This document shows positions 29,097 to 32,000 of a stretch of 32,000 bases of DNA, piece after piece. The DNA comes from Candidatus Electronema halotolerans. Its GTDB lineage: Bacteria; Desulfobacterota; Desulfobulbia; Desulfobulbales; Desulfobulbaceae. The stretch's first letter is position 1, and each line of letters starts with the position of its first letter. A program made the position numbers and the translations under genes. The stretch spans positions 480,001-512,000 of the forward strand of contig OW818675.1 of NCBI GenBank assembly GCA_942493095.1. Reading direction: 5' to 3'. The notes under the pieces are model-generated. The model was not told the DNA's origin. It did no database searches and saw only the letters and a list, made by a program, of their open reading frames with translations.

Positions 29097-30776
29097 TCAA
29101 ATCCCAACTGACTGCATGTTGTACAACAGAGCTATCGTCCGGTCATCATGATTGCCAGGCGACCAGAACGAGAGCCAGTCAAGCAGATGAGCCGCTGTCT
29201 GCTCAGGTTTGGCAGAGAGCCTGCTCTGAATCTGCTCCTGCCAGAAGCGGTCCCAGTGTTCTTGGCTGCTTAGATTGCGCTCGGTCTCAAAAATTGGGTC
29301 GGTGATTCCGTCGGTGAGCAGGACAAGGGCGGTCATCGAATCAGCCAAGGTGCAATGTATTCGCTGTATTATGTCCTCACCTTGGCAGGCGGCTGGATCA
29401 AGAAAGCGGGTTTGACCTGCATATTCACCGCTGTCCGCCTGACCGAGCAGTTTGGTCTGTCTGCCCGCCTGATACATGGCCATGCCGCCGTCACCAATCC
29501 AGTAACCTGCCACAAACTGCTTGCCGTTGATTTCCCGGTGCGCCGCCAGCAGCAGGGTGGCGTAGAAATCACGAAAGGCGCGCTGCTCTTTCTTGCTGGT
29601 CTGATGAATGGTGTTGGTCGCTGCATAGACCGCTGGGCTGAAGACAGCATAGAGCCTCTGCTTGAGCTTGGCCAGAGCTTCCTGCTGGCCGCTCTGCTCC
29701 CATGCCGTCACCGCCTCCAGCAGGGCCTCATCATGTTCGGTCAGCTTGGCGGCCAGCTCTGTTGAGGCTGTCTGCACTGCAATTCTCGCCCCTTCTCTGG
29801 AATATTCACTGCTGCCTGCGCCGTCCGAAACCGCCAGCACATGCCACTGCTGCGGATGATTGCCAAGCAGGGCAAAGTCATCGTCCCGGCACTTTCCGGT
29901 GTGGGCATGTGATCTGCCCCGCCGACTCGCGCCGACAAATTTCCAGCCGCTCTCCTCGCGCAGTTCTTGGGCATCATTGTCCTTTTTCCAGAAAACTTCG
30001 CTTTCATCCGAAAGCTTATCCTGCCAGAGCGATTTGGGATCGTGATTGACAATCAAGGCAAGCGAAGCAAGCGCGCTGCCGCCGGTTGCCAAAAGACAGG
30101 TGGCAGTGAAGTGAAACTCGCCAGCTTGGCGCGGGGTGCCGCTGAGGCATTGGGCTTCTTTGTCATAAGCAAGGCCAAGCTCGGCAAGCTGCTTTGTCTC
30201 TTCAATCCGGGTGATTTTGCATGAGGGCGCACCCTCCGCAGCAATCTTTTCCGAATAAAAGGCATTGACCATTGCATTAGGAACTCTGAGGACAATTGTC
30301 TGATCATGAGGAGGCTTCATAGGTGTTTTCTGCAAGTTTATATGGCTTTTAGCTGCCGGACTTGGTTCTTCGTCAGAGGGGGCTGTCACAATATTTTTTT
30401 CAGCATCGTTCTCGGCAAGGTGTTCAACAGGAGCTTCTTCGCAAGGCATCGCCGCCGCAATCTTGCTCTCTGTCTCAGAAACAGCATTTTCAGCAGGAGG
30501 CAATGGTTTTTCCTTGCTCAGATTGATACGTGCTGGCGCAGGGCTGGCATCTTCCTGTTGATCTGCCGACTCGGCATCGACAGACTCTGCATCCTTTTCT
30601 CTCCAAACAGACCATTTTTGCCGCAGTTCTTCTGAAAAAGATTGGAGACGGGCAAGCACATCCGTCTCAAGAAGAAACTGTTGCAGTTCATTTTTTGAGG
30701 GCTGCTCGTCGTGAAGAGAGAACAGCAGTCGGCAGACCACCTGAAGTGTCGCCTTTTCTTCAGTCATATCTTTCAT
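29097..30776 (-). CDS. PP2C-family serine/threonine phosphatase with a central Ig-like (He_PIG-like) segment
   Basis: 559 aa; CRDDDFAL, VLAVSDGAGSSEYSREGA, ALVLLTDGITD, and GNHDDRTIALLY are PP2C metal-binding motifs; GLAYDKEAQCLSGTPRQAGEFHFTATC is an Ig-like/He_PIG-type signature. Confidence 0.8.
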   Translation of the reverse strand: MKDMTEEKATLQVVCRLLFSLHDEQPSKNELQQFLLETDVLARLQSFSEELRQKWSVWREKDAESVDAESADQQEDASPAPARINLSKEKPLPPAENAVSETESKIAAAMPCEEAPVEHLAENDAEKNIVTAPSDEEPSPAAKSHINLQKTPMKPPHDQTIVLRVPNAMVNAFYSEKIAAEGAPSCKITRIEETKQLAELGLAYDKEAQCLSGTPRQAGEFHFTATCLLATGGSALASLALIVNHDPKSLWQDKLSDESEVFWKKDNDAQELREESGWKFVGASRRGRSHAHTGKCRDDDFALLGNHPQQWHVLAVSDGAGSSEYSREGARIAVQTASTELAAKLTEHDEALLEAVTAWEQSGQQEALAKLKQRLYAVFSPAVYAATNTIHQTSKKEQRAFRDFYATLLLAAHREINGKQFVAGYWIGDGGMAMYQAGRQTKLLGQADSGEYAGQTRFLDPAACQGEDIIQRIHCTLADSMTALVLLTDGITDPIFETERNLSSQEHWDRFWQEQIQSRLSAKPEQTAAHLLDWLSFWSPGNHDDRTIALLYNMQSVGI

Positions 30777-30840
30777 GCAACCCGCCTCATTTTTTAAAAA
30801 ATGTCATAGCTGTCATTCCCAAAAAAACATCTGGCTGCTC

Positions 30841-30870
30841 TTGCCATTTTCTTTGCTTCTCCTGTATAAT
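30841..30870 (+). promoter_or_regulatory. Putative sigma70 promoter for the small lipoprotein gene
   Basis: TTGCCA (30841-30846), 18 nt spacer, consensus TATAAT (30865-30870), 28 nt before the ATG, with an RBS-like agggag. Confidence 0.65.
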
Positions 30871-30898
30871 ACAAGTAAACCAACAAGGGAGAATAACA

Positions 30899-31180
30899 AT
30901 GAAGATAGCATATTTTTTCGCCTCCGTCTCGATTGCGGCCATTCTTTCCGCCTGTGTCGGACCAGGCACAGGGCCTTATGGCACCTATACAGCGGCTGAC
31001 CGGTATCGGGATCAGACCAACACTGCCATTGCCATTGGCGCGACAGCCATCGGTGCAACCGTGATTGGCGCGTCTCTCTACAATGCCGGACGACATGATG
31101 GCAGAAGGGAAGTCTATCGACCGCCAGCACCACCTCCTCCAGCAGCATACAGACCGCCGTTGCAGCCGAGGTTCAGATAA
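30899..31180 (+). CDS. Small predicted lipoprotein, function unknown
   Basis: 93 aa; MKIAYFFASVSIAAILSACVGPG (lipobox LSAC), Ala/Gly/Ile-rich glycine-zipper-like segment AIAIGATAIGATVIGASLYNAG, Pro-rich tail; good promoter and RBS. Confidence 0.65.
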   Translation: MKIAYFFASVSIAAILSACVGPGTGPYGTYTAADRYRDQTNTAIAIGATAIGATVIGASLYNAGRHDGRREVYRPPAPPPPAAYRPPLQPRFR

Positions 31181-31183
31181 GCA

Positions 31184-31226
31184 CAACAGGAAGCAGGCAT
31201 GCGGCAGGGTGTCCTGCTTCCTGTTG
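31184..31226. repeat. Long hairpin (14 bp perfect stem) between convergent genes
   Basis: caacaggaagcagg (31184-31197) / cctgcttcctgttg (31213-31226), 15 nt loop, beginning 4 nt after the lipoprotein stop; no T tract. Confidence 0.7.
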
Positions 31227-31277
31227 CGTCAGTGCCCTCAAGCCCGCTCTCTCTGGCAAAAGGCTGATCTTTTTCGA

Positions 31278-31913
31278 TCAGTTCCGCAGCGCGGAATGCG
31301 TTGCAATCAGCCCATCTGCGCCGCAGTCCTCCTCTCCCCGCAACACAACAATCTCCTTGCAGAACTTGGCCACCTCCAGCAGATTGTGCGAAATGCAGAT
31401 GAACAGCTTGTCCGGGAACAGCCGCTTGAGTTGCAGGATGATGCTTTCGCGCAGCTTCTCATAGACATTGGCAAGGCTCTCATCCATGATCAGCAGGTCA
31501 AAGTCCTGCAACAGATAGCGCAGCAGGTTGATGCGGTTGCGCTGGCCCAAGGAAAGCTGGGAGAACGTGGCCCGCATCAGTCCGCTGAGGCCGAACAGCT
31601 CTGTCAGTTCACGGCGCAGCCCGCCCTTGCCCGGCGGTGAGACCGCGTCCAGATGCTCTGCCAGCCGTGTCCAGCCCGGCAGCCGCTCCAAGTTGTGCGT
31701 GTAGAGAATTGTGCTGATGCCTTCTGGCCGCAATTCTCCGGCAGCAGGGGCAAGGCTGCCTGCCAGGATGCGGGCCAGCGAGCTTTTCCCAACCCCGGAC
31801 GGGCCGAAGACCGCGTTGAAGCCCGGCCCGACCAGCCTGAAGCTCAGTTTATCCAAGACCTTGGCTTGGCTGTTTGGATACATGAAACAGAGATTACTGC
31901 ATTGCAGAAACAT
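31278..31913 (-). CDS. ABC transporter ATP-binding protein
   Basis: 211 aa; GPSGVGKSSLARILAG (Walker A), LSLGQRNRINLLRYLL (signature), DLLIMDESLANV (Walker B), CISHN (H-loop); start preceded by GAGGAG. Confidence 0.9.
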   Translation of the reverse strand: MFLQCSNLCFMYPNSQAKVLDKLSFRLVGPGFNAVFGPSGVGKSSLARILAGSLAPAAGELRPEGISTILYTHNLERLPGWTRLAEHLDAVSPPGKGGLRRELTELFGLSGLMRATFSQLSLGQRNRINLLRYLLQDFDLLIMDESLANVYEKLRESIILQLKRLFPDKLFICISHNLLEVAKFCKEIVVLRGEEDCGADGLIATHSALRN

Positions 31914-32000
31914 GATCGCTCCTCAGCAAAGAACAGAACTGGAGGCAGATGAATAGAGCCAGCGGAACTCAGCTCAATGACAGGCTGTTGAGCAGCCCAA

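Overview
The window reads as chromosomal backbone from a Desulfobulbales-like (deltaproteobacterial-type) bacterium; the lineage is my inference. From left to right it holds: clpA (5' end) and clpS, holA, an MtaD-type amidohydrolase, plsC, and an NAD-dependent epimerase. Next is a short decayed interval, followed by a RecA/KaiC-like ATPase, an spdEFG1/mitochondrial-EFG1-like EF-G, dxs, xseB and secB. A CsgG-like lipoprotein and a type IV/MSHA-type pilus assembly operon follow (pilM, pilN, pilO, two tandem pilP-like genes, an AMIN/STN-TPR protein, and a separate secretin). After these come a lytic transglycosylase, an fsa-type transaldolase, a YHS-domain protein, the ATP synthase operon atpF'-F-H-A-G-D-C, a PP2C phosphatase with an Ig-like module, a small lipoprotein, and an ABC ATPase. 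I found no CRISPR array, tRNA, rRNA or intact mobile element, and no strong case for a wholly new system. The best second-look items are the split secretin/STN-TPR architecture with tandem PilP, the PP2C with an apparent Ig-like (He_PIG-type) segment, and a small decayed island at about 5.5-6.4 kb. That island has a frameshifted alpha-helical protein of a type I associate with conflict/NLR-like loci, next to a possible transposase C-terminal remnant.
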